From contig CAXXGJ010000002.1 in NCBI GenBank assembly GCA_963677895.2, positions 320,001 to 384,000 on the forward strand: a DNA stretch of 64,000 nt, read 5' to 3'. The position numbers were made by a program, and so were the translations under genes. The stretch's first letter is position 1; each line of letters starts with the position of its first letter. Origin of the DNA: Treponemataceae bacterium. Its GTDB lineage: Bacteria; Spirochaetota; Spirochaetia; Treponematales; Rectinemataceae. Below are positions 8,416-18,283 of the stretch, one piece after another. The notes under the pieces were generated by a model. The model worked only from the letters and a program-made list of their open reading frames with translations. It did no database searches and had not been told where the DNA came from.

Positions 8416-9243
8416 ATGCCCCTCCATATCGGCACCTGTTCCTGGAACTACGACTCCTGGGTTGGGCTGGTGTACGACCAGCCTGAATCGCGATCGGTCG
8501 ACTACCTCGCCGTCTACGCGAAGCGCTACAGGATGGTCGAAGTCGATTCCTGGTTCTACAAGATTCCGGCCATCAGGGAAGTTGAGGAATACGCGGCCGC
8601 CATCGATCCGGGCTTCAGCTTTGTCGTCAAAGCGCCACAGGACATAACGCTCACGCATAAGCGGGGCGGCATTGAACCGAATCCCGCCTTCCTCTCAGCC
8701 GAGCTCTTCGGCCACTTCCTCGAAAGGCTCGCGCCGATCAAAGGCCAAGTCGGTGCTATCATCCTCGAATTCGAGTACCTGAACCGCCAGAAGATGGTTG
8801 GCCAACAAGCCTTCATCGATGCGTTGCGCGCCTTTCTCGATCGCGTGCCCAGGGACATTCCCATCGCTCTGGAGCCGCGGAACGGACCTTACCTCGACGA
8901 AGCTTGGTTCTCCTTCCTGGCTGAAGCCAAGGTCTCCCATGTCTTCTCGGAAAAGCAGTTCATGCCGCCCATCGTCGATCTCTACGCGCGCTACTCAAGG
9001 CTTCTCAACGATCTTGTCATCATCCGCCTGCTCGGCGGCGGCCGGAAAAAGATAGAGGAAGTTTCGGGGGGACGCTGGGACAAGATCATCGATCCGAAGC
9101 CCGAGCTTCCCCATATAGCGGCCATGGTTTCGGATTTGGTCGCGTCGGGGCGCGAGGTCCGGATCGACGTCAACAATCATTATGAGGGATCGGCGCCGGA
9201 AAGCATCGAAAGGTTAAAAGGTTTTCTCTTTTCTCCGTTGTGA
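8416..9243 (+). CDS. DUF72 (YecE-like) TIM-barrel protein
   Basis: HIGTCSWNYDSW, VEVDSWFYKIP, FVVKAP-ITLTH, ALEPRN, VNNHYEGSAP motifs. Confidence 0.88.
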   Translation: MPLHIGTCSWNYDSWVGLVYDQPESRSVDYLAVYAKRYRMVEVDSWFYKIPAIREVEEYAAAIDPGFSFVVKAPQDITLTHKRGGIEPNPAFLSAELFGHFLERLAPIKGQVGAIILEFEYLNRQKMVGQQAFIDALRAFLDRVPRDIPIALEPRNGPYLDEAWFSFLAEAKVSHVFSEKQFMPPIVDLYARYSRLLNDLVIIRLLGGGRKKIEEVSGGRWDKIIDPKPELPHIAAMVSDLVASGREVRIDVNNHYEGSAPESIERLKGFLFSPL

Positions 9244-9330
9244 AATCCCCCTGCGTGGATAATACTATTAAGAACGAGAGCATTCATCGTCTACGATGTA
9301 TGCCACTCTCATAAACCAGGAGACACCAGG

Positions 9331-12300
9331 GTGAAAGCGAACCGTCCACATTCACAGGCACGTTATGCGATCATAATCGCGCTTCTGCTGTTCATAGGCG
9401 GCTTGTTGCCGGCGGCGGCCGAGCAGGGCGCCCTCCCCACATCGTCATTCACGCCACGTCAGCTTGCCGTTATAGCCAAGGAAGCGAGCGAAGCGGTAGA
9501 GCAAGCCCTGCAGTCCACGGGAGCCTCGGCCGCGAGCGTCGCACTGGGCGATGGCGGCGGCACGGTGTGGTCCGCTCAATTCGGATTGGCCGACAAGAAA
9601 GCGAAGAAGGCGCCCGAGGCGGAGACGATGTTCGGCATAGGCTCCACGAGCAAGATGTTCGCCACCGCCGCCGCCATGATACTTGTGGACAGAGGCCTGA
9701 TCGGTCTGGATATGCCCCTCGTCACCTATCTTCCCGAGTTCCGCATGGCGACACCGGGCTACGAAAAAATAACCGTACGCATGCTGCTCAACCATTCCGC
9801 GGGATTCCCGGGAACGGACTACCGCAACGCGATGACGCGCGCCCCGATTCCCGGCTATGCCGATCAGGTTCAGGCGACCCTCGCCGAATCACGGCTGAAA
9901 CACGAGCCGGGATGGATGAACGTCTACGCCAATGACGGCTTCACCATGGTGGAACTTCTCGTCAAGAAAATGACGGGCCTCGATTATCCCGCCTTCATCG
10001 AAAAGGAAATTCTTTCGCCCTTGGGAATGAACCATTCGCTCTACCCGCTCGACTCCTTCCGCGAAGGAAGCTTCGCCAAGCCCTATGCTGGGGAACAACC
10101 CCTCCAGCAGGAGTACGTGGGACCATTGGCCTCGGGCGGGCTCTACTCCACGCCTTCCGACCTCACGCGCTTCGCGGCGATGTTTATAGGGAAAGGCAGT
10201 CTGCTGGATAAGCGGATTCTCTCCCCTGAATCCGTAGCCGCCATGGCTCTGGACCAGACCGCGGGAAGATTCAGTCCCTTGTCCAGCGGCTATTTCCGCA
10301 ATGGTCTCGGCTGGGACACCGTCGATCATGAAGGAATGGCGGCCTTCGGGATAAAGGCTTGGCAGAAGGGTGGCGACACCAATTCCTATGGTTCGACGCT
10401 TATCGTCCTGCCGGAAGAAGGCCTCTCGGTAGCGGTGACCGGCGCCTCGGGCCTGCATTCCGACAGCGCGAACGCGATCGCCGAAATAGTATTGGCTCGC
10501 GCCCTCGTGGAAAAAGGAAGGCTCGCGGCCATGCCGGTCGCGGTTCCGGCGGCAGCCCGGCAGACGGCGGCTGTGCCCCTCGAATTTCTCCAGAATATGT
10601 CAGGCGTCTACGCTTCCTTCAACGCGGTCAATAAAATCGAACTCCGCGCCGACGGCAGCCTTTCATTGTATTCATACAAGAATGACGCGTGGGTGCTGGC
10701 CCTTCAGGGGATGAGCTACCGCGATGACGGATGGTTCAGCTCCAGCGATGCCGGCGCTCCTCCTGTCGACGTTACCAGAATCGTGGCGGACGGCCGCGAT
10801 TACTTGGCGATCCGCATGCCGAGCGCGCATGGGTGGTATCGATCGGCCATGCCGCTCGCGCAAAAAATCGCCCCTCGGCCTCCTCTTTCTGCCGCGTGGC
10901 AGAAACGCGTGGGCAAGACCTGGCTTCCCGTAAATTACGCGGCCGAAGACGATTACCTCGCCAAGGGCGCTGACCCCAGGATCTGGCTCAAGACGATAGA
11001 AGGCGCCGAAGGCTATGTGTTCTCCCGCGGTACCGATGGCTGGATGGCGACGATACCCGCGACCGGAAACGGGGATTATGAATCCCGCTCCTTCATTCTC
11101 ATCCCGCAAATAAACGGTAGGGATCTCTACGACGTGAAGGTTATCCAGCGGGACGGAGAGGAATGGCTTCGCGAAACGAGCACCCTGTATCGGCCCCTCG
11201 ATTCCGTGCCCGCGCTAAGTCTCGGCGAGAGTCGCGTAACGACAGGCACCGAAGGTTATGCGGAATGGCGCCGCCTGCCTGCCGAAGCCCAATTCACCGT
11301 GACCGGGGCGAAAACCTTCAAATTCTACGACGCGGATTTCGCGTTGCGGGATGCCGATTCCCTCACGACGGGCGCAGGCGGCGGGTATCTGGCTGTCTTC
11401 GGCGCCCCAGGCGGCAGCGCGCGAATTTCGGTGCGCTCCATCTCGAAATCTCAGGCTGCGATTTCCGTCCCCTTCTCCCCCGAGCAGAAGGCGCGGATCG
11501 CCGAAGCCGGCCGCAATGCAGCCGAGTCCGTCATGAAATCCTCGGGCGGATCAGCCCTGACCGCCGCCATTGTCGATGAAAGCGGGCTCATCTGGGCCGA
11601 GCAGTTCGGATTCGCCGACAAAGCGACCAGCAGCCCGCCGGAAGCTACCACCATGTTCGGCATCGGCTCGGTGAGCAAGATGTTCGCGGCCGTCTCGGCG
11701 ATGATCCTCGTCGACCGTAATCTCGTGGACCTCGACGCGCCGCTTACGGACTACCTTCCCGAATTCCGGATGGCCGATCCGCGCTACAAAGCGATCACCG
11801 TGCGGATGATTCTGAACCACAGCGCGGGCCTGCCCGGCGCCGACCTGCGCAACGCCGTAACCCTCGTCCCCTACACCGAAATGGCGGGTCAGGTCCTCAG
11901 GACAATCCAGACGCAGCGCCTCAAGCACGAGCCGGGCTTCATGTCCGTCTACGCCAACGATGGTTTTACCCTTACCGAACTCCTTGTTGAGGCTGTGTCG
12001 GGAATGCGCTTCCCCGATTTCGTGCAGAAGGAAATATTCTCGCCTCTAGGGATGGCGAACAGCCGCTACCCCACCGTGGAGTTCCCCGCCGATTCCTATG
12101 CCCACGTCTATTTCGGCGAGGAAGGCGCTCCCTGGTTCTTCTTGAACATGTATGGCACGGGCGCGCTTTTATCCACACCGACTGATCTGGCGAATTTTTC
12201 GATGATGCTGGCCTCGGGCGGCGAATACAAGGGGAAAAGGATATTGTCGGAAGCCTCTGTCCGCGCAATGGGGCAGGACCAGACCGCCGGCACCTTCAAT

Positions 12301-13509
12301 CCCCTGCCCTCCGATTACATGCGCTTCGGCCTTGGCTGGGATACGGTCGCCCAGCCCGGCTTGAAGGCCTTGGGCATCCGCGCATGGCAGAAGGGCGGCG
12401 ATATTTCCGGTTTCTACGGCGCCACGATGATCGTGCTGCCTGACGAGGGCATGGCCGCGATCGTGGCCGGCGCTTCCGGGATCGATTCGGGCCTCGCCAC
12501 CAAGGTGGCGGAGACCCTGCTTCTGCGCGCTTTAGTGGAAAAAGGACGGCTCGCCGAAATGCCCGCGCCTATCGTCGGCACGGCTTCGGCCCGGCGCCCG
12601 ACAGGCATCGCTGAACGCGTCGCGATCGAAGGGTACTATGCCGGTTCAGGCAAGCTTTATAGGGCCAGGTTCAACGCGGACGGCGGCCTTTCCGTCGAGC
12701 AGATGAGCGGCGGCGCCTGGACGCCTTTCGGTTCCGGCCTTACGGCGCGCGCCGACGGCTGGTATTCATCGGAGGACCCGGCTTTATTCTCCCTGCGATT
12801 CATCGATGCCGATGGCGGCCGCTATATCAGCCTCCGGAAAACATCAGGCTACGGCCACTACACGATCCATCTGCTCTATGCCCAGAAGCTCGAGAACGCG
12901 CCGCCTCTTTCCGAAGCCTGGAAGGCCAGAACGGCCGAGACCTGGCTCCTTTCGAACGAAACGCCTTCTCTCGCCATGCCCGACGATTCCGCCGATCCGC
13001 GCCTGAAGGTCAGCGCCCCGCCTGAGCTCCCCGGCTATATCGACTACGGATGGGACGGCGGACTGAACACGGTGCGGCCCGTCAATGATTCGCTGGCCGC
13101 CATGTTCCTCCTCATCCCTGGCGCCATGGGACGGGATCTCAACGACCTCGTCTCCGAAACGATAGGCGACGCCGAATATCTACGCGTTGGCGGACCGCGT
13201 TTCAGGATTGCGTCTTCGGTGCCCAGGCTCGGCGCCGCGCCCAAAGATCCTCAGGCCGCATCTTCGCGGAGCGTTCTCATCGGGGACAAAGGCCTTGGCG
13301 AGTGGACGAGAATAGTGGCGCCTTCGGAGGGGATCCGCGCCGTTTCCATAAAGAATTCCACGCTCTGGCGCCTCTACGACGAAGGCTTCAACCTCATCGC
13401 CTACGGGACGGAGGCCGGTACGGCCGATCTGCCCAAATCCACGGGCGGATTCTGGCTCGTGACCTATGGAAAGCCTGGTTCCGCGGTGGAATTGACGCTT
13501 ATTCCTTAG
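9331..13509 (+). CDS. Secreted serine hydrolase with two tandem beta-lactamase/AmpC-like modules
   Basis: Signal peptide. Two copies of SxxK (GSTSK, GSVSK), LNHSAG, YAN and WQKGGD, each followed by a homologous C-terminal extension. Confidence 0.88.
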   Translation: MKANRPHSQARYAIIIALLLFIGGLLPAAAEQGALPTSSFTPRQLAVIAKEASEAVEQALQSTGASAASVALGDGGGTVWSAQFGLADKKAKKAPEAETMFGIGSTSKMFATAAAMILVDRGLIGLDMPLVTYLPEFRMATPGYEKITVRMLLNHSAGFPGTDYRNAMTRAPIPGYADQVQATLAESRLKHEPGWMNVYANDGFTMVELLVKKMTGLDYPAFIEKEILSPLGMNHSLYPLDSFREGSFAKPYAGEQPLQQEYVGPLASGGLYSTPSDLTRFAAMFIGKGSLLDKRILSPESVAAMALDQTAGRFSPLSSGYFRNGLGWDTVDHEGMAAFGIKAWQKGGDTNSYGSTLIVLPEEGLSVAVTGASGLHSDSANAIAEIVLARALVEKGRLAAMPVAVPAAARQTAAVPLEFLQNMSGVYASFNAVNKIELRADGSLSLYSYKNDAWVLALQGMSYRDDGWFSSSDAGAPPVDVTRIVADGRDYLAIRMPSAHGWYRSAMPLAQKIAPRPPLSAAWQKRVGKTWLPVNYAAEDDYLAKGADPRIWLKTIEGAEGYVFSRGTDGWMATIPATGNGDYESRSFILIPQINGRDLYDVKVIQRDGEEWLRETSTLYRPLDSVPALSLGESRVTTGTEGYAEWRRLPAEAQFTVTGAKTFKFYDADFALRDADSLTTGAGGGYLAVFGAPGGSARISVRSISKSQAAISVPFSPEQKARIAEAGRNAAESVMKSSGGSALTAAIVDESGLIWAEQFGFADKATSSPPEATTMFGIGSVSKMFAAVSAMILVDRNLVDLDAPLTDYLPEFRMADPRYKAITVRMILNHSAGLPGADLRNAVTLVPYTEMAGQVLRTIQTQRLKHEPGFMSVYANDGFTLTELLVEAVSGMRFPDFVQKEIFSPLGMANSRYPTVEFPADSYAHVYFGEEGAPWFFLNMYGTGALLSTPTDLANFSMMLASGGEYKGKRILSEASVRAMGQDQTAGTFNPLPSDYMRFGLGWDTVAQPGLKALGIRAWQKGGDISGFYGATMIVLPDEGMAAIVAGASGIDSGLATKVAETLLLRALVEKGRLAEMPAPIVGTASARRPTGIAERVAIEGYYAGSGKLYRARFNADGGLSVEQMSGGAWTPFGSGLTARADGWYSSEDPALFSLRFIDADGGRYISLRKTSGYGHYTIHLLYAQKLENAPPLSEAWKARTAETWLLSNETPSLAMPDDSADPRLKVSAPPELPGYIDYGWDGGLNTVRPVNDSLAAMFLLIPGAMGRDLNDLVSETIGDAEYLRVGGPRFRIASSVPRLGAAPKDPQAASSRSVLIGDKGLGEWTRIVAPSEGIRAVSIKNSTLWRLYDEGFNLIAYGTEAGTADLPKSTGGFWLVTYGKPGSAVELTLIP

Positions 13510-13510
13510 G

Positions 13511-14734
13511 TCACCGGGCAGGAGCGAACTGATGGGGATAGCCGGCCAGTGTCCTCGCTTCCTTGCCGATATCCACCATGAAAGCCAGGTGATCGGAGAG
13601 TTTCGAGTAGTCTATGAAGGGTGTGGCGACGACGACGGCAACGTCGTCGTCGGGGTTGTAGACGACAAGGTTGACGTAGCCGGGGTGAGCGCCGCTATGC
13701 CCCAGCCCTATCGGGGTGCTTCCGATTCCAAGGGCGTAGGTGGCGTTACCCGCCGGAACCTTCGTCATCCTGGCTATCTGTTCTTTACTTAGCGGGCCTC
13801 TTCCCGAGAGGAGAGAGCGTATCCATCGCGCCATATCGGCCGGAGTGCTGATTATGTTGCCGGGGCCGACCTGCGAGGACATATTGTCCTCGACGACTTC
13901 GATAAACCCGGTTCCGTCACTCGCATGGCCGGTCAAGTAAGGCTGGGGCAGTCCCATATCGTTCCCGTTCCAGGGCGCCGACGTATGCTCAAGCCCGAGC
14001 GGCGCGAAAAAATTCTCCTTCAGGAATCGATCATAACTCATCCCCGCTACCCGCTCGACGATTTTCGCCAGCAGGGTGAAGCCGGTATCGCTGTAATGAT
14101 ACTCGGCTCCCGGCTCAGCCGTCGAAAGCCTGTTGGCCGCCACGACGCCAATAAGCTCGTCGGCGGTGAACGTGTGGTCCGGTTCGTTCAATTCGTAGTA
14201 GATATAAGCGTTGTAGTACTGGCCGGCATAGGGATGCTCGCTCGACTCGGGCACCGGATTGTTGAAAACGTCGAAGATGCCCGCTCTGTGCGACAGAAGC
14301 TGTCGTATCGTTATGCGATCTTTATTGGGTACCGCGTAATTCGGCGAATCCGCGAGGTAGGGAACATCGGTGCCGGGAATCGTGTCGGTAAGGACAGCTT
14401 CTATATCCAACTTTCCTCGTTGATCGAGGAGCATGATGGAGGCCGCGGTGAAAGTCTTGCTCACCGAGGCTATGCGATAATGCCATGTCTCGTCGGCGCC
14501 GTCCGGAAGGCCTGCCATAGCCGCGGCGTTGCCCCTGGGAGTCTCGAGATAGACAACGACCCCCGCGCCGTCCGGCAGATCGTGCGACGCTTTATACGCC
14601 GCGTATTTTTCGGAAACCATCGATTGAATCGATGGTTGCGCGATATTGATCGCCTCTTCGCTGCCCGCTTCCGCTGAAGCGAAAGAGAGGACCAGGAGGC
14701 CGAGAAACGCGGCGTAGACGAATCTTTTATTCAT
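13511..14734 (-). CDS. Secreted beta-lactamase-related serine hydrolase (D-peptidase/DD-carboxypeptidase-like)
   Basis: Signal peptide; IASVSKTF (SxxK), LLSHRAG, YSDTG, GHSG. Confidence 0.85.
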   Translation of the reverse strand: MNKRFVYAAFLGLLVLSFASAEAGSEEAINIAQPSIQSMVSEKYAAYKASHDLPDGAGVVVYLETPRGNAAAMAGLPDGADETWHYRIASVSKTFTAASIMLLDQRGKLDIEAVLTDTIPGTDVPYLADSPNYAVPNKDRITIRQLLSHRAGIFDVFNNPVPESSEHPYAGQYYNAYIYYELNEPDHTFTADELIGVVAANRLSTAEPGAEYHYSDTGFTLLAKIVERVAGMSYDRFLKENFFAPLGLEHTSAPWNGNDMGLPQPYLTGHASDGTGFIEVVEDNMSSQVGPGNIISTPADMARWIRSLLSGRGPLSKEQIARMTKVPAGNATYALGIGSTPIGLGHSGAHPGYVNLVVYNPDDDVAVVVATPFIDYSKLSDHLAFMVDIGKEARTLAGYPHQFAPAR

Positions 14735-15600
14735 GTTGCCCTCTCGTTTCGACGAAGAAAATCGCTGACTATAGCCTTGAATAGTTCAGGCTGCTCTATG
14801 TGATGAAGATGTGAGGCCTTGGGTATCACCGCCATGTCGGCGCTTGGGAAGGCCATCTGATACTCTTTCACGGTCCTTGGATCGGCTTCGTCGTTGTCCC
14901 CGCAGATGAGGAGCGCCGGAACCGAAAGCCGCGGCAGCGAAGGAACCAAATCAAGATCGCGCAACGTTCCTGAAATGGTGAACTCGCTTTTTCCCCACAT
15001 GGAATTGTAAACCTCGGGATTGAGCCGGGAAAAAGCTTCCTGCACGAAGTCGGGCCAGGGGGAAAGCCGGCACACGTGCCGCGCGTAGTACGCCATCATC
15101 GCGTTTTGGTACGCTTCCCCGAAATCGCCCGAGCGCTCGCCATCTTCGATCGCCCTTCGTTCCGCTTCGGGCATCCTCGCGATATTGGTTCTCTGATCCC
15201 TGTCCCAGCGCGCGGTGCTCAGGTAGGGGCCGCAGAGAATTAAGCCCGCGATCCCGTCCAGTCCCCTTTGAAGCGTGTAGGCGCAGGCGAGGGCGGTGCC
15301 CCAGGAAAATCCCATGAGGTAGACCGATGTCAGGCCCAGCCGCTCGCGTACCTCGGCCAATTCTTCCACATAGTTATCCAGTGAATACTGGGATGGATCC
15401 GAGGCCCTGTCGCTCCTGCCGCAGCCGAGCTGATCATAGAAATGAACAGGTCTTTCCTCCGCGAGCTCGCAGACGACCTCCGGCATGCTTAAAAAGCCCG
15501 GCCCGCCGTGGATGGCCAGGATAGGCGTGCCCTTACGGTCTTCCCCATAGGCCGAATGCCAAATTTTCCCTTCATCCAATTCCAGAAAGCCTTCGCGCAT
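14731..15600 (-). CDS. Proline iminopeptidase / L-amino-acid amidase family hydrolase
   Basis: HGGPG, YDQLGCGRS, GFSWG nucleophile elbow, MWGKSEF, SHLHH. Confidence 0.85.
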   Translation of the reverse strand: MREGFLELDEGKIWHSAYGEDRKGTPILAIHGGPGFLSMPEVVCELAEERPVHFYDQLGCGRSDRASDPSQYSLDNYVEELAEVRERLGLTSVYLMGFSWGTALACAYTLQRGLDGIAGLILCGPYLSTARWDRDQRTNIARMPEAERRAIEDGERSGDFGEAYQNAMMAYYARHVCRLSPWPDFVQEAFSRLNPEVYNSMWGKSEFTISGTLRDLDLVPSLPRLSVPALLICGDNDEADPRTVKEYQMAFPSADMAVIPKASHLHHIEQPELFKAIVSDFLRRNERAT

Positions 15601-15779
15601 GTTGCCCCCTATTCAGGAACACCGAATTTTGGCGCGGGATTTTCGCCGCCGAAACCAAGTATATCTACCTTGCGGTATGGGAGCCAGCGGCGCTGTTTGG
15701 ATATTGACACTTTCGGCTTCCCTCCCCACCATTGCGGCGTAGCAGAAGCGAACGAAGCATAAAGCGCAGGAGTTTTCCG

Positions 15780-17189
15780 ATGAAGAATCTGTTCCGCATC
15801 AGTGTTTTTACCGTCATCGTCCTGAATCTGGGCGGAACACTTTTCGGATTCGCGCCGGGCTGGCTTCTGTTCCTGGCCGCCACGGCGGCCCTCGTATCGG
15901 GCTTTCCCTTGATGAGCAAGGGCTTCCAGAAAGCTACCATCATTTTTCTTGGCCTCGGGATAGCCATGCTCGCCCTGGGGCGCCAGCCCTTCGATGTTTG
16001 GATGAAGTCAGCTTCCTCCATGACCAACATCATCGCCATCGTGGCCGTTATGCAGACCTTCACCGTCCCGATAAAGGTGGGCGGCTACGATATAGCCATC
16101 AAATCCTGGATGGAAGGCAGGTTCAAGCGCACATCTTCCCTCTTCCTCTTCATGACCTTCACGATCCACATCCTGGCCAGTTTCCTCAATCTGGGCGCGC
16201 TCCCCGTGACGGTGGGCCTCTTCGAGACGACCCTGAAAGCCCGCGTCTCCGACTGGAGGCGTTTTTACGCCAGAGTATCCACGCGGGGTTATGTTCTCGC
16301 CGCCCTATGGTCGCCGGGCGCCGTAAACCTCTCTCTCGTCGTGCAGGCCAGCGGGCTGACATGGTCAAAGGTCTTCGTGCCCGGCTTCATCCTGGCCTGT
16401 CTCGGGATGGGTGTATCCTATCTCGTGGAAGTTTTCGGTACGCGTGGAAAGGAAGAGCTGCCGGCGGAGCGCCGCGACACCGAAGACCTCGTCGGCGCCG
16501 AAGCGCTCGTCAGCCAGCTGCCGGGACCTGAAGCGAGGGCCGAGGGCGGCAGAATCATTCATATACTCATCGTCGCGGGTTTCTTTGTTCTGGCAGCCGC
16601 TGTCCTGGAATGGCTGCATATCGGAGCCGCCTCGGGGAGGACGGTATTGGCGGGCGCTCTCATTGTCATCTGCTGGATTTTAAGCCAGGCCAAGCGGCCG
16701 GGCATGAAAGAGGCCCTCAAGGCACAGTGGCTTCAGGGCACGCTCAAGGTGGCCGATATAGCGCCTTTCTTCGTCGCCATGGGAGCGTTCTCGGGCGCCC
16801 TCGAGGTATCGGGCCTGCTCGAGCAAGCCGCGCCCTTTCTCAAAACCGCGGCCGGCTCCCTGGGAGCCGCTTCCATCGTCTTCATCGCCTTGGGAATCGT
16901 CGCGGGTTCCATTATCGGGTTGCATCCCTTCATCACGATCCTGTTGTTCGGGAAGGTGCTGGCCCTCATCGCGCTTCCCATCCCGCCCATCACCGTGGCG
17001 CTGTCCCTGGCCGTCGGCGGGGCGGCGGCTTATATGGTCACGCCCTTCGCCGGCGTCATCATGACGATATCCAGGCTTATCGACACCAAGGCGGCCGACG
17101 TGGCCCTGCGCTGGAACTGGCGCTTCAGCCTTCTCTTCCTGGCGGCGGGGCTTCTCTACGCTTTCGGCTGGGGGGCTTTGTTCGGTTGA
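15780..17189 (+). CDS. Polytopic membrane protein, probable secondary transporter
   Basis: About 12 hydrophobic segments; AGGAG SD before ATG 15780. Substrate not assignable. Confidence 0.65.
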   Translation: MKNLFRISVFTVIVLNLGGTLFGFAPGWLLFLAATAALVSGFPLMSKGFQKATIIFLGLGIAMLALGRQPFDVWMKSASSMTNIIAIVAVMQTFTVPIKVGGYDIAIKSWMEGRFKRTSSLFLFMTFTIHILASFLNLGALPVTVGLFETTLKARVSDWRRFYARVSTRGYVLAALWSPGAVNLSLVVQASGLTWSKVFVPGFILACLGMGVSYLVEVFGTRGKEELPAERRDTEDLVGAEALVSQLPGPEARAEGGRIIHILIVAGFFVLAAAVLEWLHIGAASGRTVLAGALIVICWILSQAKRPGMKEALKAQWLQGTLKVADIAPFFVAMGAFSGALEVSGLLEQAAPFLKTAAGSLGAASIVFIALGIVAGSIIGLHPFITILLFGKVLALIALPIPPITVALSLAVGGAAAYMVTPFAGVIMTISRLIDTKAADVALRWNWRFSLLFLAAGLLYAFGWGALFG

Positions 17190-17281
17190 CCGGCTAGAGG
17201 CCGTAGAACTCCGGCTGGCGCTCCGCGAAGACCTCGTTCATGGCGTTGACACGCTTATTCCTCGCGATGAGCGATTCGACG

Positions 17282-18283
17282 CTACTCATCCTTGTCGAAA
17301 GGCATGCCCAGCGCCGCGGGGGGCGTGGCGTTGAGCGCCATCAGGACCTTCGCCACGTCGCGCCGCACGGATTCGGGCAGCCTCGCGAGAGTTCTTTCCA
17401 CCCACTCGGCGTTGCTGATGTTGACGAGGAGGAGGGTGAGGATCATGAGGGGGAAGGGCGCGACCTGCAGCACCTGAGAGGGAACGTTGGGCATGAGAGG
17501 CTGCAGCACGAGGCCGAGCCACTGCAGCAGCGAGAAGAAATACGCCCCGATCGCGGCCCTGAAGGGCGTCCAGCCTCCGAATATGGTGATCGAAAGGATG
17601 ATCCAGCCTATGCCATCCAAGCCCGAAATCGTGCCTTTCCAGCCCGCCTTCACCGAGAGCGAATAGATGGGGCCGGCGAGGCCGGCGATCGCTCCGCCCA
17701 GGATCGTGTAGACGTAGCGCAGGCGGTTAACGTTCGCACCGCGCACATAAGCCGCCTTGGGATTCTCCCCCAGGCCTTTCAGCATGATGCCGGGCTTCGT
17801 TCGCTCCATGTAGAACCAGGAGAGGATGATGAGGAGGAAGCTCGAGTAGGTGACGATGTCGTGGCGGAAGAAGAGTGTGCCGATCACGGGGATGGCGCTC
17901 AGGCCCGGAATGGGCAGGAGGTTGAGGCGCGGGCCGGGCATCCCCATGATGGGATTGCCCAGGAAATAGGCGAGGTCACGGCAGAGCATGGCGAGGACGT
18001 AGCCGACGGCCACCTGGGACTGCTTGAGGGTGATGCTCGTGAAGGCGACGACGAGGGCTACGGCAGCGCCGATCGCCGCTCCCGCGAGGAATCCCAGCGC
18101 GAGGCTTCCCGTGGCGAGGGAGGCGGCGAAGCCGCCCATGGCCGAGAGGAGGATCATGCCGTTCATCGCCAGGTTCGAGACGCCGGCTTTTTCGGTGATG
18201 GTCTCGCCGAGTACGCCGAAGAGGATGGGCGCCGAGGAACTCAAGACCCCCGAAAGGCCGAATAACAGCGCGTCGTTGGTCAT
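17282..18283 (-). CDS. Nucleoside-type ABC transporter permease
   Basis: GETITEKAGVSNL and GENPKAAYVRG motifs. True start is MTNDALL (18283); the longer ORF-track extension is a shadow of the upstream gene. Confidence 0.88.
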   Translation of the reverse strand: MTNDALLFGLSGVLSSSAPILFGVLGETITEKAGVSNLAMNGMILLSAMGGFAASLATGSLALGFLAGAAIGAAVALVVAFTSITLKQSQVAVGYVLAMLCRDLAYFLGNPIMGMPGPRLNLLPIPGLSAIPVIGTLFFRHDIVTYSSFLLIILSWFYMERTKPGIMLKGLGENPKAAYVRGANVNRLRYVYTILGGAIAGLAGPIYSLSVKAGWKGTISGLDGIGWIILSITIFGGWTPFRAAIGAYFFSLLQWLGLVLQPLMPNVPSQVLQVAPFPLMILTLLLVNISNAEWVERTLARLPESVRRDVAKVLMALNATPPAALGMPFDKDE

